Below are positions 1 to 12,995 of a stretch of DNA of 64,000 bases, in pieces. The notes under the pieces were generated by a model. It was not told the DNA's origin, searched no databases, and saw nothing but the letters and a program-made list of their open reading frames with translations. The DNA comes from Eledone cirrhosa. Its lineage: Eukaryota. Location of the stretch: the NCBI GenBank assembly GCA_964016885.1, contig OZ024746.1:32302001-32366000 (forward strand). Reading direction: 5' to 3'. The position numbers and the translations under genes are program-made. Numbering within the stretch: position 1 is the first letter of the stretch; each line of letters starts with the position of its first letter.

Positions 1-116
1 GCAGTAAGGAGGGGATTTATTCTGGTTCTCTATACTCTTGAGTTCAAATCCCATCAGGGTGGTTAACTATGGCTCTCATCTAGTCAGGGTTGAGAAAATA
101 AAGTCCAGAGTAGTTG

Positions 117-462
117 ATCATCATTCATCATTTCATTTTATGTCCGCTTTATCCCTGCTTGCAAGGGGTGGGACGGGAACTGGTTCTGGCTTGATTTCTA
201 CAGCTGGATGCCCTTCCTAACACCAACCTCATTTACAGTGAGTGCTGGGTGCTATTTTACCATGGCACCTCCACGACCACTTTGCAGTGGAATGATAAGG
301 ACCCCAGTCCCTAACATCTCATTTTTACAGCTGTGTAAACTGGATCAATGTGAAATAAAGTGTCTTGCTCAAGGAAACAACACATCACCCGGTCTGAGAA
401 TTGAACTCACAACCTTTCGATTGCAAGGCCAATGCTCTAACCACTAAGCCATGTGCCTCCAT
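117..462 (-). mobile_element. tRNA-derived SINE, family A (tRNA head + CORE-like domain + (ATG)n tail), full length
   Basis: Minus strand has A box TGGCTTAGTGG, B box GAGTTCAATTC, CORE-like TTCCTTGAGCAAGACACTT...GTAAAAATGAG, tail GTTAGGAAGGGCATCCAGC and (ATG)n. Near-identical to five other copies in the window. Confidence 0.9.
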
Positions 463-1067
463 ATGGCTTAGTGATAATATAATGGTGTGCTGCACTTTGT
501 CTCAGTTGCCTTAAATCCTAAAAGTGTGCTACCCCAATAATATGGACCCAGACAGTGTGGAGGATCACCCTCCGGCAACTGGCTGACTCAGTCTGCCAAA
601 CAGACATGATGCAGAAAGCTTTGCTCCAGAGGATGGTGCGGGAGACACTTTGGAATAGCCATTCTAACTTATGGGGCTCATGCCTGCAAGTGGCCAGCTC
701 CACCCCCGATAGTAGTGAGTAGAGAAGGTGATCTGCGAATCAAGAGTGCTGGAAATCTTGCTAAGATGCCTTGTGCTATTTGTTCTTTGAATTTCCAATT
801 CAAAATTAATAGTAAACGATAGGCAGCATCTTTTATTAGAAATATAGTAATGAAGGGGTTAACTTCTATGTCATATATGTATTTCCACGCTGACATATCT
901 ATTAGTAACTTCTTCACCAAATTCTTATCACTACGGAAGTTGTCTTCTGTGGACTATTTACATTAGTTACCTGATTAGACCACATGATAATAACAACTGA
1001 TTTTACTCTTCCATCTAACAAGGATTTTCCTATCATATAGTCTTTTATTCCTCATAGATTTCTATAC

Positions 1068-1430
1068 TTTTACTGGTTTCAGTCAGTAACAGTGGTCATA
1101 CTGAGGCACCACCCTGATTTAGTCAATCATATCAACCCCAGTACTTTCTAGTCTTATTCATTAACTGGTTTCAGCTAGTTAATGTGGCCATGCTAGAGCA
1201 CCACCCTGATTTGTCAATCATATTGATCCCTGTATTTATTTTTTCAAGTCTGGTACTTATTTTATCACTCTTTTTTGTTGAAAAGAGTTATGTTACAAAA
1301 CAGACAGTCACAAACACATGCATATATATATATATATATATGATGGGCTTCTGCAGTTTCTGTCTACCAAATTTCTCTCACAGGTCAATGCATGGCTATA
1401 GAAGGCTATAGTCCATGGTGCTGCATTGTG
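1068..1430 (-). mobile_element. Decayed SINE, family D (internal microsatellite, GGCCATGCT..AGCACC 3' part)
   Basis: Shares CAGTTTCTGTCTACCAA and GTGGCCATGCT.GAGCACCACC blocks with 21425-21825, 32690-32860, 37963-38095 and 54365-54500. Confidence 0.65.
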
Positions 1431-1449
1431 TTGGACATAGGTCAGGTCC

Positions 1450-1748
1450 AACAAGTGTTCCAGTTGTTTAATAAGTGCAACAGCCTGCTCATGAAATTAA
1501 TGTGCAAGTGGCTCAGCATTCCACAGACACTTCTACCCTTAACGTAGTTCTCAGGGAGATCCAGCTTGACAGTGACATGACTGCCCTTTTGAATTACAAA
1601 TACAACTCAATTTTTTCCAGCTGAGTCAACTGGAGCAATATGAAATAAAGTATCTTGCTCAAGAACACAACATACTATCAAGTCTAGAAATCAAACTCGC
1701 GTTACAATCCTGATCCCAACACCCTAACCCTTAAGTTATGTGGATTTA
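1450..1748 (-). mobile_element. tRNA-derived SINE, family C (CORE-like plus a second conserved central block)
   Basis: CTGGAGCAATATGAAATAAAGTATCTTGCTCAAG core plus CCCTTAACGTAGTTCTCAGGGAGAT block. Homologous to 11264-11560 (+) and 47985-48225 (-). Confidence 0.75.
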
Positions 1749-2049
1749 CTTACTAAAATAGGGATAAATATTATCCCTATTTTACCCTGCCAACATAGTT
1801 TGACATTTAATAAAGGCTTTCATTGTTAGTGAGGAATAAAAAAGGGTGTATCTTTATCTTATTTCTCTCATTATATATGGAAAAATGATGTTTCTCAACA
1901 GTATAGTGGCTTGTTTGTTTTCCTGCTGTGTAGGATGTATCAATATTTTATGGTAAGTAGCCTTACACTAGTTTGGTTTAAATATAGAAATATATAGGTC
2001 ATGGGTAGTGTAATGACTAATGTATGATTATAGACAGTATATCCCAGTA

Positions 2050-2432
2050 CACTACAGCAGAACTATGGCAGAACTACAACAGAACTATGGCAGAACTACA
2101 ACAGAACTACAGCAGAACTACAGCAGAACTACAGCAGAACTACAGCAGAACTACAGCAGAACTACAGCAGAACTACAGCAGAACTACAGCAGGACTACAA
2201 CACAACTACAGCAGAACAACAGAACTGCAGTGGAACAACAGCTGAACTGCAGTGGAACAACAGCTGAACTGCAGTGGAACAACAGCTGAACTGCAGTGGA
2301 ACGACAGCTGAACTGCAGTGGAACGACAGCTGAATTGCAGTGGAACGACAGCTGAATTGCAGTGGAACGACAGCTGAATTGCAGTGGAATGACAGCAGAA
2401 CTGCATCGGAATGACAGCATAACTGCAGCAGA
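2050..2432. repeat. Minisatellite: 11-bp ACTACAGCAGA grading into 22-bp ACTGCAGTGGAACAACAGCTGA
   Basis: Direct tandem periodicity visible in the sequence. Confidence 0.95.
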
Positions 2433-2535
2433 ATATATATAGTATATTGAAGTATACCACAGTATATCGTAGTAGAACCATAGTATATGTTAGTAAATCA
2501 TAGTATCTAGTAGTAGTACTACTACTACAGAATAT

Positions 2536-2858
2536 TATGGTGATGATAGTGGTGATGATAGTGATGGTGATTGATGGCAATGGTGGTGATGATGATGGTG
2601 GTGGTTGATGGTGATGATAATGATGACAAGGATGCTGATGGTGTTGATGGTGATGAGGATGATGGTGGTGGTGGTGATGATGGTGGTGACGATACTGGTG
2701 ACAGCAATAATGAAGATGGTGGTAATGGTGGTGATGATGGAAAGGGTGATAATGGTGATGATGATGAGGATGGTGGTGATGATGAAAAGGATGATAATGG
2801 TGATGACAGCAAAGATGATGGTAATAGTGGTGATGATAGTAAGGATGATAATGGTGAA
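2536..2858. repeat. Degenerate (GAT/GGT)n trinucleotide tract
   Basis: Low-complexity triplets; produces the D/G, M/V and S/P ORFs in the track. Confidence 0.9.
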
Positions 2859-3012
2859 ATTATGTTCCATATGACTCATTAGATTTCTTCACAGCAGACA
2901 TTTTGTCAATCTGTGTTGTTATGGTAACAAAATAAGGAAGAGAAGCAGCTTGTACATCTATAACTAATGAGGGACTGATGTGGCATTTGGTAGGACAAGG
3001 GTTGTATGAAAG

Positions 3013-5070
3013 GCAGAGGGTGTATAGTAGATGTAGAAAGGAAGAGGGTGTATAGTAGATGTAGAAAGACAGAGGGTGTATAGTAGATGTAGAAAGACAG
3101 AGGGTGTATAGTAGATGTAGAAAGACAGAGGGTGTATAGTAGATGTAGAAAGACAGAGGGTGTATAGTAGATGTAGAAAGACAAAGGGTGTATTAGTAGA
3201 TGTAGAAAGACAGAGGGTGTATAGTAGATGTAGAAAGACAGAGGGTGTATAAGTAGATGTAGAAAGACAAAGGGTGTATTAGTAGATGTAGAAAGACAGA
3301 GGGTGTATAGTAGATGTAGAAAGACAGAGGGTGTATAGTAGATGTAGAAAGACAGAGGGTGTATAAGTAGATGTAGAAAGACAAAGGGTGTATAGATGTA
3401 GAGAGACAGAGGGTGTATAGTAGATGTAGAAAGAGAGAGAGAATGTATAGTAGATGTAGAAAGACAGAGGGTGTATAGTAGATGTAGAAAGACAGAGGGT
3501 GTATAGTAGATGTAGAAAGACAGAGGGTGTATAGTAGATGTAGAAAGACAGAGGGTGTATAGTAGATGTAGAAAGACAAAGGGTGTACAATAGATGTAGA
3601 GAGAGAGAGAGGGGGTATAGTAGATGTAGAGAGAGACAGAGGGGGTATAGTAGAGAGAGACAGAGGGGGTATAGTAGAGAGAGACAGAGGGGGTATAGTA
3701 GATGTAGAAAGAGAGGGTGTACAGTAGATGTAGAGAGACAGAGGGTGTATAGTAGATGTAGAGAGACAGAGGGTGTATAGTAGATGTGTAGAGAGAGAGA
3801 GTGGGTATAGTAGATGTAGAGAGACAGAGGGTGTATAGTAGATGTAGAGAGAGAGGGGGTATAGTAGATGTAGAGAGAGAGAGAGGGGGTATAGTAGATG
3901 TAGAGAGACAAGGGTGTATAGTAGATGTAGAAAGAGAGGGTGTACAGTAGATGTAGAGAGACATAGGGGGTATAGTAGATGTAGAGAGAGAAAGAGGGGG
4001 TACAGTAGATGTAGAGAGACAGAGGGTGTATAGTAGATGTAGAGAGACAGAGGGGGTATAGTAGATGTAGAAAGAGAGGGTGTATAGTAGATGTAGAAAG
4101 GCAGGGGGTGTATAGTAGATGTAGAAAGGCAGAGGGTGTATAGTAGATGTAGAAAGGCAGAGGGTGTATAGTAGATGTAGAGAGACAGAGAATGTATAGT
4201 AGATGTAGAAAGACAGAGGGTGTATAGTAGATGTAGAAAGACAGAGGGTGTATAGTAGATGTAGAAAGACAGAGGGTGTATAGTAGATGTAGAGAGACAG
4301 AGGGTGTATAGTAGATGTAGAAAGACAGAGGGTGTATAGTAGATGTAGAAAGACAGAGGGTGTATAATAGATGTAGAAAGACAGAGGGTGTATAATAGAT
4401 GTAGAAAGACAGAGGGTGTATAGTAGATGTAGAAAGACAGAGGGTGTATAATAGATGTAGAAAGACAGAGGGTGTATAATAGATGTAGAAAGACAGAGGG
4501 TGTATAGTAGATGTAGAGAGACAGAGGGTGTATAGTAGATGTAGAAAGGCAGAGGGTGTATAGTAGATGTAGAAAGACAGAGGGTGTATAGTAGATGTAG
4601 AAAGACAGAGGGTGTATAATAGATGTAGAAAGACAGAGGGTGTATAGTAGATGTAGAAAGACAGAGGGTGTATAGCAGATGTAGAAAGACAGAGGGTGTA
4701 TAGATGTAGAAAGACAGAGGGTGTATAGTAGATGTAGAAAGACAAAGGGTGTATTAGTAGATGTAGAAAGACAAAGGGTGTATAGTAGATGTAGAAAAAC
4801 AAAGGGTGTACAGTAGATGTAGAGAGACAGAGGGTGTATAGTAGATGTAGAGAGACAGAGGGGGTATAGTAGATGTAGAAAGAGAGGGTGTATAGTAAAT
4901 GTAGAGACAGGGTGTATAGTAGATGTAGACAGTGTGTATAGTAGATGTAGAGACAGAAGGTGTATGTCTACTAAACACTGTCTCTACATTTACAAAACAC
5001 CATCCCTACATCTACTATACACCCTGTCTACACCTACTATACACCCTGTCTACACCTACTATACACCCTC
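3013..5070. repeat. 28-bp minisatellite AGAGGGTGTATAGTAGATGTAGAAAGAC (~70 units), ending in inverted units at ~4965-5070
   Basis: Unit starts at 3071 and 3099; reverse-complement units (CTACATCTACTATACACCCT) follow the array. Confidence 0.95.
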
Positions 5071-5520
5071 AGAGTCAGAGGTATATATTAGATGTTAAAT
5101 TCCTCCAAATTCCTGATAATTTTCAAAATAATATAAAATAGGCAGTACTTGTCATTAGAAATCATCATCATCACCAACATCATCAATGTTGTCATTGCCG
5201 TTGCTGGTTAGATGCTCTTCCTAATGCCAAACAATGATGTGTAATAGGTATATCTCATCTAGGTACAAGGGTTAAAGATCTATATCTAAATAGAGTTTGG
5301 CATTTACATCTATTTTTCTATGTTAGGCTGTCACTGCATCCATGCACTACATTGGTGCAGCTGATAGTACAGAATTCGCTAAATGATGGGTCTCAACCAC
5401 ACTGCCTGCAAACTAACTTTCTATAGTCCATGGCAGAACAATTTTCAATACTAATATTTTCCTAAAATTTGGAAATTTAGAAAATTTGCCCCTCTTTATT
5501 TTGTACTAATTCACATACCC

Positions 5521-6260
5521 CAATGGTGGACTGGCCAGGTTGCCAGGTTTCCCAATGATGAGTGGGCCCCGGGGCCCACTGCAGTATTTTAGGGGCCAAT
5601 GCTTTGCTTTCGAAAAGTATCTTTTAAAAAAAGTCAGAGAAAGAATAACATTTTTAAAAAAATAAATAAACAAATAAGCAAAGCATTTGGTCAAACAATT
5701 CCCTAAGGAATTAATAGAAACCAAAATATATGATAGTGTTAACAGTTAGAATCAATTTATAGCTTCCTGTATTCATTTGTGCATACATACATAAACACAG
5801 ACGCGCACACACACACACACATTGTTTAGAAAACATAAGAGAAACACAAACATAAGGACAATTCCCGTTCTTCGTTCTTCGGCTGTCTGCTGTGGGTTGG
5901 TGATGTTTCGATGCATTAATGTGTGAATGTAAAAGACCAAAGGTCATTATTGAAAGTCTCTGGATGTGTATATTTCGCAAGGTACTTTTTATTTTTTATT
6001 GGAGAAGGTAAGATCGGTCACTTGCCTACTCTATTATAAATAACAGTATACTATACATTTACAATTATTTTAAAATACATACAGTATACATACACTATAA
6101 TTAGTAAAAAATACATTTTCCCCTGCAAAAATTTGATTGCACTTACATATTTTTAGAAAATGTTATTTATTCATTATAAGAATTAAAGGACAGCATTCTA
6201 TATGGGTGTGGGGCCCCTTTATCTCCTGACAACCAATATTTTTAGACCCAGTCTGCCATT
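5521..6260. mobile_element. Non-autonomous hAT-like DNA transposon (CAGTGGCGGACTGG-type TIRs)
   Basis: CAATGGTGGACTGG at 5521 and CCAGTCTGCCATTG ending at 6260. A second, interrupted copy starts at ~59695 (CAGTGGCGGACTGGCCAGGTTGCCA) and shares internal blocks. No clear TSD. Confidence 0.7.
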
Positions 6261-6525
6261 GATCATATGTGTATTAATTTTGATGAAAAAAAAAAACAAA
6301 CAAATAGTAACCTATCAGCTGTATTATAGATTAGCAATATAACTGGTGGAAATCACATCTTCCACCCTCATCTCCTGATTGGTCTGCTGTGCCTCTTCCC
6401 CAGAACAATGGCTCTTTTGAGTACTTGACTTTCAGACCCCTTTTATAGACATTGAAGAAGTCAAATTAAATGCAAGACCTGTAATAAAACTTTACCAATC
6501 TTGGGGATTGATAACATTATTATCA

Positions 6526-6635
6526 AAATCCCATCGAGGTTAACTTTACCTTTCATCCTTACGAGGGTCGATAAAATAAAGTACCAGTAATGCACTGGGT
6601 AATTGCTGGCCTTGTGCCAAAAGTAGAAACAATTA
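6526..6635 (+). mobile_element. 5'-truncated SINE, family B, with TSD ATTATTATCA
   Basis: CCTTTCATCCTTACGAGGGTCGATAAAATAAAGTACCAG block; TSD at 6516-6525 and 6632-6641. Confidence 0.85.
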
Positions 6636-7317
6636 TTATCATGCATCTCACAAATATTGGATGACTGAACTAGTAGTAGTTGTGATAGTAGTAATAGTAA
6701 TAATAGTAGTAGTAGTAGTAATAGCAGTAGGTGTAGCAGCAGCAGTCCTTTGGAGTCATTACCCATGGCTAAATGATGCACCAACAACCAGACCAATAAC
6801 GGTAGCAAGCAATTACCTCATAATGCAACAGAGTCACACATACACAAATATATATATTACATACATACACACACAGTGTTGCTATATAACACAATCATAC
6901 ATTGAGGCTGTATAACACTGATGCTATAACACATACACAGTGATGTTATATAACACACACACCATCGGCATTTAACGTCCCTTTCCCTGCTAGTAAGAGT
7001 TGGACAAATCTACTTAGACCAAATCAGTACTGAGGTGGGGCTACTGACCTCCCAGGGGCTCTGTCTCTCACATTCGTCAAGTGCACAGGAGAGGTTGTCA
7101 TATCTTTGACACAAACTGAAGGGTCCTTCCACCAAACATTGTACAGTGTGAAGTGCATATGTTTTTGTGAAGATCAATACTAGAGAGGCTAACACACACA
7201 CAAAGAGTGAAACTGTAACTGTTCTGCTGCTAGGAATCGAACTCACAACTACAAGCTAAACACAGGACTGTAAGAAGGAAATATATTACAAAAAATATTA
7301 AGTGAAGTCCCAAAGAG

Positions 7318-7830
7318 TGAAAGAGGGGAGAGGGGGGGGGAGGGTGGGGAGAGGAGGGTGGGGAGGGGAGGGAGGGGAGAGGGCGAGGAGGGAGGGGAGG
7401 GGGGAGGAGGGGGGGGGGAGGAGGGAGAGGAGGGAGAGGAGGGAGAGGAGGGAGAGGAGAGGAGAGGAGGGAGAAGAGAGGAGGGGGGAGACGGAGGGAG
7501 GAGAGAGGAGGGAGGAGAGAGGAGGGAGGAGAGGAGGGAGAGAGAGAGAGGGGAGGAGAGAGAGAGGGGAGGGGGAGAGGGGGGAGTGAAGGGAGAGAGT
7601 GAAGGGAGAGAGGAGGGAGAGAGTGAAGGGAGAGAGTGAAGGGAGAGAGTGAAGGAGAGAGTGAAGGAGAGAGTGAAGGAGAGAGTGAAGGAGAGAGTGA
7701 AGGAGAGAGCGAAGGAGAGAGCGAAGGAGAGAGTGAAGGAGAGAGTGAAGGAGAGAGTGAAGGAGAGAGCGAAGGAGAGAGCGAAGGAGAGAGTGAAGGA
7801 GAGAGTGAAGGAGAGAGTGAAGGAGCGAGG
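7318..7830 (+). repeat. Polypurine G-rich tract followed by 12-bp GAAGGAGAGAGT tandem repeat
   Basis: Almost pure G/A composition; 12-bp period from ~7640. Confidence 0.95.
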
Positions 7831-8423
7831 TAGGAGAGTTTGTGAAAGTTGTAATAAATCAGTTATCAGTTATGTCAAGAGACAGGTAATAGTAATAAAG
7901 ATTTATTTCTCCAGTTCTATCTGAAAGTTATTGCTGCTGCTGCTCAAAGTAACACTTAAAACTCATGTATCATCAAAACTACAGCTACCACCACCATCAC
8001 CGCTAACTACTACAGCCACCACCAACATTATCACCACTAACTACCACCACCACTATCACCTCTAACTACGACAGCCACTACCACCGCCATCATCATCTCT
8101 ATCTACCACCACCACCTCTACCACCAACATTATCACCTAACTACGACAGCCACTACCACCGCCATCATCTCTATCTACACCACCACCTCTACCACCACCA
8201 TCGTCATCATTAACTACCACAACCACCACTGTCGTCATAACCAATACAGCATCTTTTTCATGGCGGCATGGGTTAGATAAAACTTTTTGACACCAACTCT
8301 AAAGTTCTGCATTTTATCTTTAAGTCTGGTACTTATTCCACTGATATTTGTTGAACTACTATGCTACAGGATATAAACAAATGTAACTACTTGGTTAAAC
8401 AGTGCCATGAATGCACACTTGCT

Positions 8424-8520
8424 TATATATATATATATAATATATATATATATAATATATATAAATATATAATATATATATATATTATATTATATATATA
8501 TTATATTATATATATATTAT

Positions 8521-8562
<42 letters not shown>

Positions 8563-8596
8563 TATATATAATATATATATAATATATAATATATAT

Positions 8597-8664
<68 letters not shown>

Positions 8665-8716
8665 TATAATATATATATAATATATATATATATAATATAT
8701 ATATAATATATATATA

Positions 8717-8755
<39 letters not shown>

Positions 8756-8974
8756 TATATATATATAATATATATATAATATATATATAATATATATATA
8801 ATATATATAATATATATAATATATATAATATATATATAATATATATATATATATAATATATATATATATAATATATATATAATATATAATATATAAATAT
8901 ATATATATATAATATATATATAATATATAATATATATATAATATATATATATATATAATATATATATAATATAT

Positions 8975-9005
<31 letters not shown>

Positions 9006-9040
9006 ATATATATATAATATATAATATATATATAATATAT

Positions 9041-9071
<31 letters not shown>

Positions 9072-9088
9072 ATATATATATAATATAT

Positions 9089-9119
<31 letters not shown>

Positions 9120-9365
9120 ATATATATAATATATATATATAATATAATATATATATATAATATATATATATATATATAATATATATAATATATATATATA
9201 TATATATAATATATATATATATATATAATATATATAATATATATATATATATATATAATATATATATATATATATAATATATATAATATATATATATATA
9301 TAATATATATAATATATATATATATATATAATATATATAATATATATAATATATATATAATATAT

Positions 9366-9397
<32 letters not shown>

Positions 9398-9405
9398 ATA
9401 TATAT

Positions 9406-9458
<53 letters not shown>

Positions 9459-9462
9459 ATAT

Positions 9463-9494
<32 letters not shown>

Positions 9495-9546
9495 ATATAT
9501 ATATATAATATATATAATATATATATATAATATATATAATATATAT

Positions 9547-9577
<31 letters not shown>

Positions 9578-9638
9578 ATATATATAATATATAATATATA
9601 TATATAATATATATATATAATATATATATATAATATAT

Positions 9639-9717
<79 letters not shown>
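8424..9717. repeat. ~1.3 kb pure A/T interrupted (TA)n microsatellite
   Basis: No C or G over about 1290 bp. Confidence 0.97.
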
Positions 9718-10052
9718 GGAGGCACATGGCTTAGTGGTTAGAGCATTGGCCTTGCAATCGAAAGGTTGTGAGTTCAATTCTCAGACCGAGTGATGTGTTG
9801 TTTCCTTGAACAAGACACTTTATTTCACATTGCTCCAGTTTACTCAGCTGTAGAAAATGAGATGATAGGACTGGGGTCCCTATCATTCCACTGCAAAGTG
9901 GTTGTGGAGGTGCCACGGCAAAAAAGCACCCAGCACTCACTGTAAATGAGGTTGGTGTTAGGAAGGGCATCCAGCTATAGAAATCAAGCCAGAATCAGTT
10001 CCTGTCCCACCCTTGCAAGCAGGGAAAAGCAGGCGTAAAATGATGATGATGA

Positions 10053-10055
<3 letters not shown>
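9717..10055 (+). mobile_element. SINE family A, full length, inside (TA)n
   Basis: GGAGGCACATGGCTTAGTGGTTAGAGC head, GAGTTCAATTC B box, (ATG)n tail; TA repeats on both sides. Confidence 0.92.
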
Positions 10056-10092
<37 letters not shown>

Positions 10093-10245
10093 TAGCGTGG
10101 AAGAACGGATGTGTGATGATGAGATATATATATACCTTAATTCTTTGGTTTTACATATAAACTATAAATGTATAACAGCTCTGCATGACCATTGCATTGA
10201 GCTAAAAAACACCCTGTAAATGAGTATACTTACTTCCATTAATAT

Positions 10246-10429
10246 AATTGTTTCTACTTTTGGCACAAGGCCAGCAATTATCCCAGTGTATTACTGGTGC
10301 TTTATTTTATCAACCCTGTAAGGATGAAAGCAATGTTAACCTCGGCGGGATTTGAACTCAGACCATAAAGGGCTGTAACTCTCTGCTGCAAAGCACGGCG
10401 TCCGACCCTCTACCGATACTGCCAATCCA
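10246..10429 (-). mobile_element. SINE family B
   Basis: Reverse complement of TGGATTGGCAGTATCGGTAGAGGG...GAGTTCAAATCCCGCC...GCCAAAAGTAGAAACAATT. Confidence 0.88.
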
Positions 10430-11263
10430 ACTTAAGCACAATAATTAGAATAAAATAACAATTTATGTTATTTTATGTATATCTCAGTTTTTATAATAGC
10501 TTCACCATATCTCTGTGCTGTATGAAGCAACTAAAAGAGTATCAGAAAGGGCAATCAGGCATAAAGACACTGTCTCAAAAAGTCTTATCCAGCCCATGCA
10601 AGTCTAGCAAAGCATCTGAAAAAATGTTGATGATGGTACAGAAACCTCATTAACTTTATCAAGTCTTATTCTATTGACCTTTTTTTAGAAGGGCACTTCT
10701 GATTTTTTTTTTTTTTTTTTTTTTTGTAAAGTGGAGATATTTTCTCTCATTTACATTTTTTTTTTTCATCCCCTTGGGAATTTTATGTTCACAAGTTTAG
10801 ATCAGAAATCACAGTAACTTTTGTCTGAATAACTAAGTCTCCATTTCATAGGGTGGAGTAAACTAGTTACCTTTTAACAAGAGGAATTTACTAATATCTA
10901 AATGTATATATTAAACAAAAAAACAACAACAACAATTTGTCATTATAGTAGAGCAAGTTTATCAGAATTCCCCATCCAATAGTTTGAACTATTTCCAAGA
11001 AGTATCTTCCAAAGTAGACAGGAATAAAATTGTATGAGAGGTTTTTTTAGCATATTACAATTATCTGATTAAATTCAGATATTTTTTTATTACAAATCTG
11101 GCACATGGAGAATATTAAAGTCCATTTTTAAATTCTTAGACGTCTTTGAAGTCATAAAAAGCCATATAAGGCATTTCTGAGATAAAACTAACATCTGTGT
11201 AACAGACAACATACTGAGTAGGTTTAATGTTAACTTTTTACTGATTTATTGTATACAGGTATG

Positions 11264-11560
11264 TGAAGGTACATGGATCACTGGTTAGGGTGTTTGGCTC
11301 ATGGTTGTAAAGTTGTCAGTTGATTCCTGGTGGCATGTGTCCTTGAGCAAGACATTTTATTTCCAAATGCTCTAGTTCACTTGACAGGAAAAAATGAGTT
11401 GTACATATAATTCAAAGGGCCAACTTTGTCAAATGCTGAATCTCCGTATGAACTATATTAAGGGTACATGTGTAAGTGGAATTATCAGGCAATTTCACAT
11501 TAATATCATGAGCAGGCTGTGCCATTGATCAAATAACTGGAACAGTTGTCATCAGAACAG
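11264..11560 (+). mobile_element. SINE family C, decayed
   Basis: tRNA-like head, GTGTCCTTGAGCAAGAC core, homology to 1450-1748. Confidence 0.7.
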
Positions 11561-11685
11561 AGATGGATCCAACAAGATATACAGGTATACATTGTTGGGG
11601 ACAAGGGGAGATGGTTAACTGAAGGAAAACAACTAGATGAATTCTTCATATACTGCTTGCTTGTCAAAGAGGGAGAGGGATTTAA

Positions 11686-11941
11686 CCTTTCCGTTACTAT
11701 ATTTCTAATGATATACACAACCAACAGTTTTCAAATAATTTTGAAAATAATCAAAAATTTAGAGAGATTTAGTAAAATAACTTTCTTATTATTATTATTA
11801 TTATTAAGTTGATGCTTGGAAAATAACTTAAAAGGTTCCTATATAAATTTATGATGGAAGGTTTTTACATAAATATTAACTCTTTAAAATAAAGAGTTTT
11901 GTATAGAAGGATTAATTTGAGGCAATTTGGTATCAAATAGG
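11686..11941. mobile_element. TTAA-flanked piggyBac-type MITE, decayed
   Basis: TTAA-CCTTTCCGTTAC...GGTATCAAATAGG-TTAA; homologous to 12758-12995. Confidence 0.7.
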
Positions 11942-12181
11942 TTAATTAGATCAAGCTAATAATGTGGATTCAAGGTCAACAAACAGATTTACTAGTCCAG
12001 TACTGGGGTCAATTCTATATCTCTTTCTCACTCCCTCTCCTTCTCAGGAAGAAACTAGCAGCTGTATTCAAACCTGGAAATGGGCTCTGCTAGGTTTTAA
12101 AAATACGCAAGAAATATATGTCACTATGGTGACCCTACATCTGTACCAGGAGTTACAGGTGATAAAATTAAGAAATTAATA

Positions 12182-12565
12182 ATAATTGTTTCTACTTTTG
12201 GCACAAGGCCAGTAATTACCCAGTACATTACTGGTACTTTATTTTATCGACCCCGTAAGGATGAAAAGCAAAGTTGACCTCGGCAGGATTTGAACTCAGA
12301 ATGGCAAGGACCGTAACTATGCGTCAAAGCATGGTGTCCGACCCTCTAACGATACTGTCAATCCACCACCATTAAAAAATGTATAATAATTGTTTCTACT
12401 TTAGGCACAAGGCCAGCAATTACCCAGTGCATTACTGGTACTTTATTTTATCGACTCCGTAAGGATGAAAGGCAAAGTCAACCTCGGCGGGATTTGAACT
12501 CAGATCGTAAAGGGACATAACTATGCTGGAAAGCAAGACGTCCGACCCTCTACCGATACTGCCAA
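12182..12565 (-). mobile_element. Tandem pair of SINE family B
   Basis: Two head-to-tail copies (12182-12370 and 12386-12565). Confidence 0.9.
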
Positions 12566-12757
12566 ATAATAATGTGAATTAATTGTGCATAAGAGTGATT
12601 TTTGGATAATTTGAAATGTAAAGTATATGCAAATTACACAAGCCAGATTTTGTGGATCTTTTTAAACACTATAAATAAATTATAAATAAAACATTTGCTC
12701 ATTTCATATATTCATTTATCTTACTTTATTTCGCTGAAATTTCTTTTCCTAGGTTAA

Positions 12758-12995
12758 CCCTTTTGTTACCATAGTTCTAATGGCAAACACTACCAGTGTG
12801 TTTAAAATAAATTTGTAAATAATTGTGAATTCAGAGGGATTTATTCATATGACTAACTTTCTTGTCATTAAGCTGGTTCTTACATAAAATTATGATGAAA
12901 TGTTTTTAGATAAATATAAACATTAACTTTAAAATAAACAGTTTCCTATCACAGAATTAGGGGCAGGATTTTCAGGTGGTTTGGTATCAAAAGGG
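12758..12995. mobile_element. piggyBac-type MITE with TTAA TSD
   Basis: TTAA|CCCTTTTGTTACC ... GGTATCAAAAGGG|TTAA terminal inverted repeats. Confidence 0.8.

Noticed and set aside
208-447. Recurrent 79-aa ORF MPFLTPTSFTVSAGC (also at 9731, 32116, 36593, 39120, 40933)
   Set aside because: Antisense reading of SINE family A; it recurs because the copies are young, not because it is a gene family.
480-790. GC-richer unique segment as an exon (also 33960-34260)
   Set aside because: No recognisable protein motif or convincing splice pair; probably old transposon sequence.
2525-2882. Asp/Gly-rich acidic ORF resembling biomineral proteins
   Set aside because: GAT/GGT triplet tract open in most frames; no signal peptide or splice support.
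2906-4978. 352-aa and 507-aa minus-strand ORFs
   Set aside because: Translations of the 28-bp satellite cycling through frames.
8361-9777. ~400-aa Ile/Tyr ORFs
   Set aside because: (TA)n microsatellite.
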